A DNA stretch of 64,000 nucleotides from NCBI RefSeq assembly GCF_009914755.1, contig NC_060937.1; one strand, given 5' to 3'. The stretch comes from the human T2T-CHM13v2.0 reference genome, Homo sapiens. The stretch's first letter is position 1. Each line of letters begins with the position of its first letter. Below are positions 41,351 through 56,225 of this stretch, piece after piece. Made by a program: the position numbers and the translations under genes. The notes beneath the pieces were generated by a model. The model had not been told where the DNA came from. It did not search any database and saw only the letters and a program-made list of their open reading frames with translations.

Positions 41351-43032
41351 TTTGAGATAAAGTTGTATTAAATCTATGACAGAAGCACTAGGTGACATTA
41401 TGCCTATATTGAGATATCACTTTCAGAGAACTTGATTGGTTGACTGATGAGGTAAATCAGGATGACAAACACATAAGAATGATTTGCATTATATTTGAAA
41501 ATTTTCTGTTAGTCTAAAATTACTTTAAAGTAATATGTTACATATATGTACATATATATGTATGTGTGTGGATGTGGATGTATTTCCATTTCAACAATTA
41601 TGGTATCCCAGGCATACAAAAATGTCTCCTTTGTTTCTATCAAAAATTGAAAAAAGAATATTACCATTACTAAAATAACATGAATGTATAACAAAACTCA
41701 TTCAAATCTTCCCCCATCTGTCCATCATTTTCATTTTGTTCCAATTTTTTTTTCTCTAGGACAGCACCTTTCCAATGACAATATCTTATAATGAAACCAA
41801 TATTTATCATTAAATTTCTGATTCTAGTGTCAACATACCATAAAAATATACAGTAAATATTTCATTTGAAAACTGTTTTAAAATTGTATATAAAGTTACA
41901 AAATTAAGGAAATACGTTTCCGGCAGGCCAAAGCAAGTATATATATTTAGTATTATGTTGAACTATATAATTGCCAATAATTGACTATCTTTTATTTATA
42001 ATTATTTACACAGCATTCAACTTAATCTTTAAATTATCCACTTCAATAGCTCCCAGATCAACAATTTTCACTTTATGCATACATTCCTTTATAACCTATA
42101 AAGTGACTTTCTAGAAAATGCTTTCCTATTATGAAAATATTCTCGACAACCAAATAACTTAAATAAACTTTGTACAATTAGATGAAGTGTATGCTATAAA
42201 CATAATTGCATAAAATAATAGCTAAATTCTGGGAATAAGCAATATATATAGGTTTTATCAAACAAGTTATTCTCTTTTAATATAGTCATTTATCAAAAGA
42301 ACAATCTGAGATTATTGTACAGACACAAAAATCACTTGTTAATTGGATGGCATTTTAACTTTATTCTTAATTTTCTTGGCCATAACTACCAAGATTAAAT
42401 ATTGTGAAAATATTATAAAATAACACACAGCCCTACTTTCCAAATTTTAAAAATAACAATATATGGCAATACTATGCATTATTGATTGTTACTAATTCAA
42501 ATTCTCAAACTTAGCTAATTTCAAATTATTTAATCCATTGACCACCTGAATGACTTAGAAATGTATGCTTTTTAAGTTTAGTATTTTGAATTTAACTGAT
42601 TTCTCTTTGTGGATATCTCCATTAACACAAGGATAAAATTTAAAAGTCAGTGAATTACAAAAATGGCAGAGTAGGATTTGAGGAATGATGTTGAATAATC
42701 CATAAACAGTGTACCAAGACACTAGATATTTGAGAATTGGCTGTGTTTACTTCAGAAACCAATCTAAACGGTTACTTATTTTCTCTGTTTCATAGCTCAA
42801 ATCTTTATATGTGGCATCAAAGAGAGGAAATTTATATCAGGACCTGTTAATGTAGTATCATACCTCATGATATTGCAAACTGGGAAACATAATTTTGAGA
42901 GATGGCTATTGCTACAGAGTTTCAGAACATGATCCATCTGAGATCTATTTGGAATGAGGGCATGTTGATTAGAAAATCCAGCTGAACCCTAATAAAGTTT
43001 AAAATGGTGACAAGTAGAAGTATGAGACCTAC

Positions 43033-43168
43033 GGATTCTGTCAGAAGAGCTCTCAGTCCGAGCAGGGGAGCTGGACACGCTGCTGCTGCGATGTGATGAT
43101 GGGTGACTGCCAGGCCTTCTCCCCTCCTCCAGAGAGGGGGCAGGTGAGGGGCTATCAGGAACACGCTC
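43033..43168 (-). CDS. DACH1: DACH1 coding exon, 136 bp (phase 0-1): ERVPDSPSPAPSLEEGRRPGSHPSSHRSSSVSSSPARTESSSDRI
   Basis: Lies within ORF 42989..43216(-). Pyrimidine tract then tgcAG|GAG acceptor, donor TCC|GTAGGT. Phase matches both neighbouring exons. Confidence 0.97.
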
Positions 43169-44365
43169 CTGCACCAGCAAGAGAGGGAAGGAGGGTAGAA
43201 AAGATGTTAAATACAACGGATCTTTACTTAATGAATGTTGTTTTTTCTCAATACAATAAGAAATGTAAAGAGAATAAACACTTTACTTCATCAGCATTTA
43301 ACTGTACTAAAAGATATGTTTATCTTGAGCAAGCCAAATAAAGTAGAAAAAGATGGTCTATGAAACTATGGTTCTACAGGTAAGCGTGACTGCAGTAATG
43401 GCGAATGTCAATCCACTCTGGAGAAAAAGTAAGCCCTAGGAAGACGCCCAAAAATAAACAAATAAGAACCCATTAGACAACAAAGATCTCAGAGAATAAA
43501 GAAGGATTATTTATCATTTTGAAGAAATCTTTAAATATATTCCCTTATTTCTGCAAGTATCTAAAGATCATGTAATAAACACATTATCAACATGACTGAC
43601 CATAATAATAATACCAGAGGAGTTTTTAACAGGTATTCCATCCTAGTACTGCTCTGGACATACTCAGTCACATTTTCAGGCATCATGGAAATGGATTATT
43701 ATTTAATATTGGAATAATTTTCTTTGGTTTAAATAATTCTCAGAGTACCTACCACACCTAGCTTCAATTCAACCACACAACTGTATTAAGGGCACATTTA
43801 TGAAATATATATCAATCATGTCCCAGGGAAATTTGGTACTGTGCTTCCTGATACTCTATTTTATGTCAACAGTCTTGTCTCTCTCCACACCTCCCTCTCT
43901 AAGCTCTGTACATTCTCCATTAGACAAATCTGCAAGTAGATTCTATAAATGTCTCCAATTAGCTATTATAAATGGAATTACAGATTAAGAAAGAAGGTAC
44001 CCATTGGTGAACATTTTCTACTTTGAGCAGCAAAATATTTATACCCTCAGTTATTAACAGACACAGGCCTTGATGAACTGTCTTTGTAATAATAAATAGT
44101 TAAAAGTGTGGAAGAAAACTATATAAAGTATGTAGATGTATAATGTACTTATAAATAATTAGTACATTATTCCTTATTAGAGAGAAAATATGCAATTACA
44201 AAATAGAGAAAAAAAATCTAAAATGTAATTGGCCTGTAGGAGGCTAATGTTTCCAAAATGTCAATGTTAACTTAATACGGAAAACAAATAGGAGGTTCCA
44301 GGTTTTGTACTGCCAGTGAGAATGATGATCGTGCTCATCTTTGGTCAAAGTGATTCCATTAGCAC

Positions 44366-44992
44366 CATGATGGTTTGAAATCCTGCTGCACATCAGAATC
44401 ACCTGGCATGTTCTTAAATGCGCTTATGCTTGAGTTTCACTCCCAGAGATTCTGGTTTACTGAGTATTATGGCTTAATTGTGTTCCCCAAAAAGATCTGT
44501 TGAAGCCCTAACCTTTGGTCCCTATCAATATGAATGTACTTGAAAACTGAGTCTTTGCAGACATAATTAGTTAAGATGAGAACATACTGGATTAGGGTGG
44601 CTTTTAATCCCACGTGAGTCGTGTCCTTACAAGTAGATGTGAAGATAGGAGGGAAGAATGTCATGTGACCATAGAGGAAGAGATTAAACTTGTGCAGCTT
44701 CAAGCCAGGGAATGGCAAGGATTGCCAGCTGCTACCAGAAGCTATAGAAAGCGAAGGATTCTACCTAGTATCTCAAAGGGAGCATGGTCCTCATGAACTC
44801 CTGATTTTGAACTTCTAGACTCCAATAATGAGAGACAATAAATTTCTGTGGTTTTAAGGTACCCAGTTTCTGGTTCTTTGTTACAGTGGCCCTAGAAATC
44901 TAATACACTAGGTCTAAAATGGGACCCAGACTTCGGTATCTTTTTAAAAGCTCTCCCTATGATTTTAATATGGAACCAAGATTGAGCTGTAC
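44366..44992. mobile_element. MER5A-like DNA transposon split by an MLT1 LTR
   Basis: Left half 'gctgcacatcagaatcacctgg...cccagagattctggttta'; right half 'taggtct...gggacccag...tttttaaaagctctcc...tgattttaatatg'. Confidence 0.7.
44465..44907 (+). mobile_element. MLT1C-like solo LTR
   Basis: 'gtctttgcagacataattagttaagatgag...tggattagggtgg...caagccagggaatg...aataaatttctgtggtttt...ctaataca'. Confidence 0.85.
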
Positions 44993-47900
44993 TTTTGTCA
45001 CACTCTTTTAATTTTTCAATGATGTACATTGCCAATAAACATCTTCAACAGATATGCTGAGACTTCATTTTGAAGACCCTGACAAATAAAATGAAAATAA
45101 CCAGAAAAAATAGCCAAGCCCTTTTCCCAAATCCATGTCATAAAATGGTTTCCTAACATATATTCCATGGAATTAAAAAAAAAAAGCGCTATAAGAAGCT
45201 TCATGACAAAACAATATTGTAAAGGAAAAGAAAAAAGAGGTCAATTAAATTTTAATCTCGAAAGTTGCAATGCGTATTACAATCTTGTCGTAATGATAAC
45301 TTGTTGAACTTTAAGAGTTTTTGTACAGAGCTAATATGTGCTGATAGGCTTCTGTAAAAGACAATAAACTCCCACAGAAGGCAGACGTATTGTTAGTATT
45401 ATACTAAAAAGCATTAGCCCTTTACCTTAATTGATCGGGGTTAACAATTAAGTGTTTTATTTTATGCAAATAGCAAAACTGATATGTAGGTAAATGTAAG
45501 CAACACACAATATATTTTCCATCTCAAGTTATGTGGGGTTTCCACTTAAAATACTGCAAATATGCAAATAAGTGGGAGGGAGAGAGAAAGAGAAAGAGAC
45601 AGAGAGAAGAGATGGGAAGAGGAGAGAGAAAACAAGGGGGGACAAAGACAAACATACATCCCAGATATTAAAATTTGAAACTAACTTGTTCAGAGACGTT
45701 TATAACATGTATGCATTTGTTACACGCTAGGATACTACAGAAAGATGGCATCCAACTTTACAGTTTGCAGATTAAGATATTTTGAAATCTTTATCACAGG
45801 TAACATGGAAAACGAATATATTATCAGTTACTTTTCCAAGCTAACAAAATGAAGCATGTATGCTTCTAAAACGTCTAAGGCAAACAAACGACCAACAGTT
45901 TTAAAAAACAAACATGTATATGACTTAAAAGAGCAGAAACTTCACATCTGGATGCCAAAACTTACTTCCTGTCTTCTAATTATAATTACCCTAAACTATA
46001 AAGAAGTTTCAAATGGCAATATTCTCATATCAAATCATTGTAATCACAAATCAAAAGACAATCTTGGCTTGTGTTAGCCACACCATAATTCAAAAGTTTA
46101 GTTGTGTATGGTTTTGGAGTATTTGCGCACTTATCATAGAGGATGCATTTATAAGGCTATATGTAGAACTCCTTTATAATTTGTATAAATATATCAAGAA
46201 ACAATACTGCAGCTAACTGCATACATGTCCAGAGATATACTCTTAAAGTCTAATCTTGATTTCTTGAAATTCTAATAGAAGCATAGTTTGTCTAAGCTTT
46301 AGAGCTAATTCCTAATACATCTAACTGTTAGCACTTGGATTACACAGAAATACATGGTGTGTATTTAAGAAAATGCATTGATATATTTTTGTATAAAGAG
46401 AATTTTCTAAATTAACCATTCTATTTTATTCCAAAGTTCACTCACATCAATGCTTATCTATCAATAAATTTTAACATTTTTCTTAATCATTATGTTAATG
46501 CATGTTTGGCTGAACAGACATAAAGTACAATCTTGAAATAAATCAGTCTCTCTAAAATGATTTTGCAAGTCTGATTTTCCTGTCATAATAGATTTCTTGG
46601 TAGTGCTAATGGAAAGCATGAGAATATAATTTTTCTGAGATATTTAACTCATAAAATGCTTAAATATTTAATGCATAAATCTCTGGAAACAATTATTATG
46701 CCATTAAAATAATTCCTTGTTTATTTTAACATTTCCCATATAAGTAGAAAAATGCTTTATTAGTCAATGTACTTAAATGTCAAAGTTGTCTGTGATCATC
46801 CCTTTAATTCATGAATTGTTCAGTTACTCATTTACACATCCAAAATACTCTTAAAAAGGCATATTATACTAAGTAAAAATAAATTAGATTGAAATCTTTA
46901 TGTAAAATGCATTTTAAAAGCATAATAAAGCTCAGTAAATATGTATAAGTAAAATAATAGTATTTAATTTACCTTTAACTTAGTTTTTGCTTTAATTGTA
47001 GTTTTGTGTTCAAGAACAAAGGATACAAAAACAACAGTTAATACTGTTATTTGAAGAAAATATTTTAATTTATGCAAGTGTTTATGATTTAAAAGCTTAA
47101 CTATTCAATTGAAACTTTCTATAAATTGAGACACAACATATTCAGTCATTTTACTTAATGTATAATTTCAATCTTTGGAACCTAATGTATTGTTCTTTGA
47201 AGAATTTCATTAAAGTAAAATCCATTGAGCAAGTAAGATTTGAATACATTGTTGCACAATAAATTAATTTATTTCAACAGCTTAATTCTTTTATCATATT
47301 TATATGCTTGCCTTTCCAGAGTATTCTATAAGATGGAGAATAATGGAGACAATAAAGAATTGCTTAGGAGGGAATCTCATAATTATTACTGAAACAAAAT
47401 AGATAATGAGTTTTATTCAGACATAATAAGAAAGAAGCAGTTCAATGTCTATAAGAAAACTATGTAAACTGGATTTATCATTTCATTTGTGTAATACCCT
47501 TTAACGTCCAATAAGGGGCTGAAGCAGGACAGAGAGAACGAATATTTAATTTAATACTTCAACACACTCCTTTATAGTCCTGAATCAACTTTACCAATCA
47601 ATAAAACACAATCTTTTGCAATGTTCCATCTTTATAAAACTCGCCACAATAATAAATGAAAATTTAAGAGGAGCACTCTTTCACTGAAAAAAAAAAAAAA
47701 GGTCATACTAATAAACTAATAGTAACCGGAGGACAAAAAAGGAAAAGCTGCATTTTTGCCTCTGGGAAGAACAAGAAGTATTTGGTGTGTAGGATAATTC
47801 AGAATCAAAAATAGAATTCAAAAACAACATACTCAAATTCTAAAATAAACAGTGTAAAATGTTCAGTACTACACACATGTGATTAAACATTTTAAAAATT

Positions 47901-48087
47901 TCATTATCTCAGTTCTCCTCTCTGCACCTTAAAAATGTATTATATTTTATCAAATTAAAATATTTTCTTAGGGTAAGTATAATCACAACTCATTTCTCTA
48001 AAGGATTATTTCATTTAGTTTTTATTTATTTTGCTCTCCTTTTAATTCTCTTCATTTTTTGTTTTTCAATAGAGATTCTCTAACTGA

Positions 48088-48419
<332 letters not shown>

Positions 48420-48519
48420 TAAATGTTATCTTCATATAACTTTTAATTTATAAAATTGATGAAGTTGACCAGCACTTTATATAACCAAAACTTCTCAGCT
48501 TTAAGAAAACTCAGGCTCA

Positions 48520-48640
48520 AATACATTAGTTCAATGAGTATTTACTGAACACTTACTATGTACCAGGCAGGATCTAGGTTCTGGTTACATAAAATTAAAC
48601 AAAACTGACAAAAATTATTGTCCCCATGGAGCATATATCA
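48520..48640 (-). mobile_element. L2 3' end fragment
   Basis: 'ttcaatgagtatttactgaacacttactatgtaccaggca'. Confidence 0.65.
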
Positions 48641-49479
48641 CACCTGGTAAATGTTGTTAGTGAAATGCAACATCATTGACACTAAGAGTGGTGTTCAAAT
48701 TCCTTTGCTTTGGAAAAATGTGCAAAGAAGACAAATAGCAGAATTGGAATCCTGTATTCAGAAAAATGCTTAAAAGTACTTTTAAGAGACAGTCAATGAT
48801 GTTAGCATGCTTACACCTAGTTGAGGACCAGGCAGCCCAAATCAAGATTCCATAGCTGAGGAAGCCCCAAATAATATTTACATAGCTTTAAAAAAAAACT
48901 TTGATTATGGAACTCCATAAATACTCAAGTTTTCTAAACATGAAACTGGCAAGACCCCGTGAAACAACTTAATATAATCTGAAACAACTTAACTTTATTC
49001 TCCTGTTGTCTTTTTGAACTTACTCATTGGTGGTAGGGGACTATATTTTTCCCAAGTGTGTATGAAAATTCACATAGCCTTGTAACTTTTTAGGTTGCTA
49101 TTTGATAATATAAATTTGCTTTAAGCAGCAAAATAAAATCTTGACTCAGGAATTATAATTCAGCACCATCTGACAATGAATACTGGCGTCTTAATTAAAA
49201 GGTAGGACTTCTTTCTTTACTACAGCCAAGGGATATAGAGATGAAGGAAGAACAGCAAGGAAAAAAAGGTAAGTGCTGATTTGACCAGCATTGCCTTTAA
49301 CTGGCATCAATCTCTCCTGCATGGTAAATGTTTAAAGTCAATGTTTAACTTAGTAAGGAACAAATGTATGTTCTTACAGGCCACCACCACCACTATGAGC
49401 CTCTCATCTGCAGTTCCCTTGATGAGTCTAATTCATCCCAATGTTCCTTTGACCCTTGAGTTTCCTGCATAGTTACCTC

Positions 49480-49800
49480 TGGAGGCTTGGTACAAGTTGA
49501 TGTGGGGGTACGACTACTTCATAGATGGTGTTGCAAGCTTCTATAATGAGCATAATGTCTGCTTGGTTGCCTTTTATGATGCCAGCCACCACTGATGATC
49601 ATGGTCGCAATTCATCACTTCATTAGGGCTTGTAATTTCCTACACACTTATTTTCTAGAAGGTTTCTATGATCACAAAGTTACCTCATGAATCATTTGGT
49701 TATTCTTAGGATCAGTTTTTATGGAAAAGGCAGGAAAAATGCTTGATCCCTTCCATGTATTTATCTTTAAGCCTTTATTGTCCTTTAAAAACATCAGTTC
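49480..49800 (-). mobile_element. Old L1 (L1MC4/5-like) remnant
   Basis: 'gccaccactgatgatcatgg...tcattagggcttg...ggaaaaggcaggaaaaatgcttgat'. Confidence 0.55.
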
Positions 49801-50859
49801 CCCCCAAATTCTCCAAATGTGAACAATGAGTTTCTTTTTTAGTATTATTATAAAATCAAGCATTTAAACATGTGATGTATTTCAAGGCCTAGATGTTTCA
49901 TTAGTGGTGGTTGTGTTGTAATACTTTCTTTTTTAGGTTAACATCTTTTTTCATATTTAATATCAATATTCAAATAAACCTAAAGAGAACATACTTATTA
50001 TTTTTTAAAACCAAGTAAAATTAAATAAATTTTTGTGAAAAAAATTTATGTCTAAAAGCTCTGCATACACTTGGAGATTTTTATGTTTGTACAAAGAATA
50101 AACTATTCTGTAACTAAAAACCAACATGAAGTATATGATGTCACATTGCTCTAAGATTCACTCTACTTTGTGAATTAGGTCACTCTGGTTGTAGTTTTTA
50201 TAATCTTTTCACATTTTAAACTTCATGCAAGTAACATCCTGTTTCCTAATACAGTATTTTAAGAACTTGCTTTAAAGTATGAGTACAATTATAAACAGCG
50301 TTTTTCAATGTTTAATTCTTTAAATGAGAATGTCACAAAGTCTCTCTCTCACACACACACATGCACAGACACACACAGAGACACATAACAGATCAGCAAA
50401 GAAAATTAACGAATTTAAGTCATATTCCCTATTTTCAGAAAACTGTAATGTGTCATAAGAAGAAAGATGTGTATCCAACAATGTAGGGTAATTTGAATGT
50501 CATCATATTTCTCAAAAACAGTTCTATGTTATCTCTGAAAAAAATCTTAAAATGCATTTAAAAATCTGCTTTGCATACTATGCACTACAAACCCAAAAGT
50601 CCTGATTAAAATAAAGCTGCGTATAAAATTTTTATTAGGTAAAATGAGCAGAACAAAAAAAAATAGAAAGTCAGAGAGACAGAGGTCTCACCATAGAAGT
50701 ATGACTATATTTCACAGGCTTGACAGGGATTCCCTGCAAAATTCTAGAACTTACTTTTAAACAAATGATTTTGGATACTTGGAGAGAAAACAAAATAGTA
50801 ATGAGAAGAAAATAATGTTGGTATATAAAGACTTCCAAAGATTAAATAAATAGTAATTT

Positions 50860-51015
50860 AATCTTTATGACAACCTAATGGGGTAGTGCTGTTATTACAT
50901 AAAATACAAATATATTAAATAATTTGTCTATGGTCACACTGGTTGGAGGTGATAAAGTCGAAATGCAAATCCAAGTAGTCTTTTTTCAGAACACATGCCT
51001 TAAATCACTAAAATA
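50860..51015 (-). mobile_element. MIR fragment
   Basis: 'taaataatttgtctatggtcacactgg...gcaaatccaagtagtct'. Confidence 0.6.
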
Positions 51016-51129
51016 TGCTGCGTTTCTTCCTTTCACTATTACTTCTATTTCAGCAAGTACGCCCTTTTCAAAATCTTTATAACATTGTGAATTTATTAAA
51101 TAAAAACTGAGAAAAATATTGATTCATTC

Positions 51130-51990
51130 AAGAGAATTTTGGGTTACATAATGAATGATACCTAAGAGAATCAATTAATAGAACATTTCAACTTATTAGG
51201 AATTCTCCAATGACAAGAGAAATTGATCTCTTGATTTATATTGTTTATTTTACTCAGTCGTTTAACGTAATAAAGGAATACATCCTTTTAAAATTTGGAA
51301 ATGATACAAAGGTGGCATAAATAGCTAATGTGATAGTCTGGGATGTTAATACTCCAAAGTATCTGAAGACCCTAAATCAATGGAATGGAAACTAAAAATC
51401 TTAATGTGGATAAATAAAAATTCCTAACACAAATAAAAGATGAAGAAAAACTGGCTTAACAGAATTTTATGTCAGAAAGGCATGAAATGTACTGAGTCAG
51501 ACATTCAACTACCAAACAAAATCTTTGGAACTATGACTACATTTATAGATTATTGTCCAAATTGAGGTTGATGTCTAGTGTCTCTTCATTGCACAATTCA
51601 CTTCTAGAGTATGGTGTGATAGAGGGTGACTTCAATAAAAAGAAGGCAACCAAAAAGATGAAGAATAGTCAGAACAAATTAGAATAATTGGCCTAGAAAA
51701 CAGAAACACTATAGGCACTAAAACAGAGGGCTTAAATATTGAAATGGCTAGAACCTAGAAGAATTAGTAGACATTTTTCTTCAAATAAAATATAACAAAG
51801 TTAAGGTAGAAGCTATTGAGATGCAAATTTTAATTTGATTAATGAATATACTTCTCACTCTTAAATCTGCTGAAAATAGATTAGGCATCCTACAAAAGCT
51901 TAGATATATGAAAATGAATAAGAAGGATGTGGGAATTATTTCTCCATTATGGGGGAAGCTGAATTACATAACATCTCAAGTCTAAGTTGC
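51130..51990 (+). mobile_element. CR1/L3 LINE remnant (degenerate RT region to 3' end)
   Basis: About 51290 translates as KFGNDTKVA*IAN, resembling the CR1 RT motif KFADDTKLGG.AN; downstream sequence is loosely L3-like. Boundaries uncertain. Confidence 0.6.
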
Positions 51991-52493
51991 TTTATGTTCT
52001 ATGAATGCTAAACAGAAAAAGTATATGGGTATCATTGACACATAAGAAATTAATACAGGTACAGTTTATAATTATTTAATATATCCCCACAGATATTTAG
52101 CGAGAGAGAGACAGGAGAGGAAATTGTGCATATATCCACACAACTAGGAATTTCAATTAGACCTATTATTGTCTAAAGAGTATGTCAATTTCCTCCTCAA
52201 AATAATCTTGATTATACTCAATACAACCAGCCATAGAAAGTCTAAGTTCAAGGCTTTAGCAGACTCTCTCATGAACGCTTGCATGTAAAGCAAATAACAA
52301 TGCCATAGTGGGAAAGTCTTCATCTATCTAGTTTTCTTTTCCTCAGTGCATTTAATTCTTTCAACCCTAAATTCTCAATTATTTTAATTTTTTTTTCTAC
52401 TTGGTTCTATTGTGTTTGAGAGTTTAGTTTGAGCTGCTTCAGTTTTCCATAGTCTGAGATTCATGTGGGTTTGGGATAATCAGAGGTCTAACA

Positions 52494-52800
52494 CAGGTAT
52501 CGACAAACTTTTTTGGTAAAAGGCCAAACAGCAAGTATTTTAGTCCACTCTGTCTTTGCATGTGAAAATAGCCATAGACATTACATAAATTTAGATATGG
52601 CTCTGTCCCCAGAAAAAACTTTATTTACCAACACTACATTTTGAATTTCATATAATTCTCATGTGTCATGAAATATTTTTCTTTTTATTTTTTTCCAACC
52701 ACTTAAAAATGCAAAACCATTCTTAACTCACAGGCCATGAAAACCAGCAGCAGAATAGATTTCACCCAACGTTGGCAGCTTGGGGATTCAGACCCTGCTC
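52494..52800 (-). mobile_element. MER58B-like DNA transposon
   Basis: 'caaactttttt.gtaaaaggcca...agccatagaca...aaactttattta...gaatttcatataatt...aaaaccattctta'. Confidence 0.75.
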
Positions 52801-54889
52801 CATTTCATGTACTGGCATTGATATGTTAATGAAAAAACTTTTGGAGCTCCTTTACTTCATAGAAACAGCTAAACAAAGAATATTTTTAAAATATATAACT
52901 CTGAAAGCTGTATTTTTGCTTCTCTTTTGTCCTACAAATTGTTATTGCCATTTGCATTTAGGTTGAGTTTTAATTTTAAGTCTTGTCATTACTCTTAAAA
53001 AATGTAAATGGTATATTCCAGCATTTAGAACATCTCTCAAAGTTCTATTTTCTGTTTAAAGACTATTTCTCCAGTTGCTTTATAATTCCGTCATACAGGC
53101 TCAATCTTCTATGACATTTAACACGTCACTTGCAACAGACTTTCACACTTATTAATAGAATCTTCCCAGACAAACCAATGTGTAGTCCATATTCTAGTTA
53201 TCCACGTGTCCAATACTGTTAAAGGTGACATAGGAGTCAGCTGTTTTCTTTGAGGAAAATAAAAACTTCCCCAAAACTAAACTTAATTAACATCTATTAG
53301 GTGAGTTTATAAACTCTTCTTGTTCTATACAGTCAACCAATATATACATTTAGACAGGTTGATTTGTTAACTTCTCCTCTCTAATACTTAGAACTTCTTG
53401 GAGGACCTATTCCTCACCCTTATTCTCTGAGGACACTCACTTGATTTTTATCAGGTTATGTGGATGTCTTTAAGCATCTATAACTGCTTAGAATCGTCTC
53501 ATGCCTTTCTTAAAATGTGTTTACTTTCAATAATCTTTACCTGTCAGTGTCAAATTCGAAGCTATACAAATGGCCTGTCTCACAAAATAATAAGGGCACC
53601 ATGATAAAAAATGGGCCTTTCAGCCCTTCCACAACAGCCAATTGAACTTCACTTTGATGTTGGCAATAAAAACTATCAGATTTTACTTTTTGTAATCATT
53701 CTCAATTAGAGCCATTGTTCCCTATTTGGCTGCTACTATTACCATTTACATCAACACTTTCAAAATCCACAACTCCCTTTAATCTGCATGTAACCAAGTT
53801 TCTGAAAATATTTGCAACAGGAGAAGAAGTGAGATATCTCTATGACTTAGTAGGTGTTGGCACATATCTTAAAACATAAAACGACCTCACTTTCTTCTCT
53901 TTTTGTGTATTTTCTTCCTTTCTCCATATATCCCCCTCCTTTCCATTCCTAAACTTAATCTAGGAAAACACAGGAATGTTTCTGACTTCCCAATCATTGA
54001 GTCCTGAATTATTTTCTATAGACTTCTTCCAGAGGAAACTCAACTTCTTCCTCCTACTTATCTAAACTCTGACAACCAAGTATGTATTAAAAGGAGATCC
54101 CCTAAGTATTCTAATTAACAAGTAGCACAACTATTTTTTAAAATATGTGTATATTGCAAAATAAAATAAATCAAGTATCCTGATATAAATAAAGGCTTTT
54201 TGATGCAGGAATATGTAAGCCATCCCTCATGCAAATATTAGCTACAGGCCATAATTTAGACACCCATTATGACTTTAAACTGCTAAAAGCTGCTCTTCTG
54301 TAATATGTTTGCCTTATTTATTAATGTAAATCTTACCTAAATGAGAGATTTTAGTTACCAGTTTTAAAAGTAAAAATTACATAATTAATATTATGAGATG
54401 ATTCTTTATAGTAATCACAACCAGATTTTTTTAATGAGAATAATCACATCGTATACATTAATACTTAGTACCTTGTAATATTTGCTTAAAGTAGCCATTG
54501 ACTACAATGATGGGAAGACTTAAATGGGTTTTTCCCTCCGCCAAACTCCTCTTCTAGATAACTTTAATGAGTGAGGCAATCAGAGTGCTGAATTCTCAAT
54601 AATACCTATTACCTAACATCATCATAAATTTAACAATACGGTGATATCTTGCTTATTGAATAATCTGGTAACAATATCCCTCTTAGAGAAGAGTTTTCAA
54701 AGGTCTTTTTATCAGTTCCTTGGCTGATAACAATGTGGCACTCACTGGCGCTCTCTGAGGTGGTGATCTTTGAGTAGTTGATCCAGGTCTTCTGTGAGAC
54801 TTTTGGTTATTTTTTCCTCTGGTATTGATACTACAGAAAATGACCAAAGCATCTGGGATACATCTTTGTTTTTAGAGCCATTAATATAA

Positions 54890-55191
<302 letters not shown>

Positions 55192-56052
55192 AACAGGGCC
55201 GTTTATATAAGATGTGCTCCAGAGGATACCCTAAATTTAAGTGTATTGTATTCAGAAAAATGGGATAATTGTAATGTCAAATAATGATCATGCAGCATAA
55301 AATATCTTGTACTTAGTTTAAAAATTAATAATCTATTCTTAATTTTTTGTTATTTCTTACTCCTTAGCCAGACAACGCAGTTAAAATATTTTGATTTAAG
55401 TACACATTTTAAAATAATATGAAAGTAAAACATATTTACATATATAACACATACGATGCACAAACATACACACACAGATACACAGGGATAGAGGAGACGG
55501 AATTGTGTATATATGCACATATGAAGTTTATATAACAATAATGTTACCTTTAATTTAGTGTATTTTTGAATTTATGGAAACTTCCAATTTTATTACTTCA
55601 TTTAGTTTTTACAACATAATCCACACTGGATTATGCCTTTATTAGATATTTACTAGAATCAGGAAGATTGAATTACATGTCTAAGGTGACAGAGCTAGGA
55701 AGTGGCAAAACTTATCCCTTCTGGTCTTCTGATTCTCCACACATAAATGCTCATAACACCACACACGCATACACACAACTACCTATGTAAGAACACACAC
55801 AATTTGAACTATAACATTTAATGTCCTATGTTTTTCTCTATCTTAATAGATATATAGAGAATTTAAAGCAACCCTAGCCTGCCTAAGTAATGTGCCCCTG
55901 GGGCCATTTGCTACAAGTGATTTTTTTTAATAGTCTATTTACTATCACTTAGCTTTTTAGAGTTCAGATGTACTTATGGAATAAGAAAAATGGATTAAGG
56001 GATGGTGGCTTAAGATGAACATGCCAAAATAATTGTATAAAAAAAGAATTAC

Positions 56053-56225
56053 CTTAATAACTGATGTCTCAACTCTGGATGGGGGACTCTGAACTTGTGC
56101 TGCTGCTGCCATATTTGCAATGGTGCTGAGGTGGTTCATCTGGCTCATTGCCATGGTGACAGATGCTGGAGGTAGGCTGACAGGAATTAGAGGGTGGGGC
56201 ATCATCATAAAAGGAAGTTCCAGTC
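56053..56225 (-). CDS. DACH1: DACH1 coding exon, 173 bp (phase 1-0): GLELPFMMMPHPLIPVSLPPASVTMAMSQMNHLSTIANMAAAAQVQSPPSRVETSVIK
   Basis: Lies within ORF 55957..56274(-). Acceptor ttttttatAG|GA, donor AAG|GTAATT. Confidence 0.97.
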
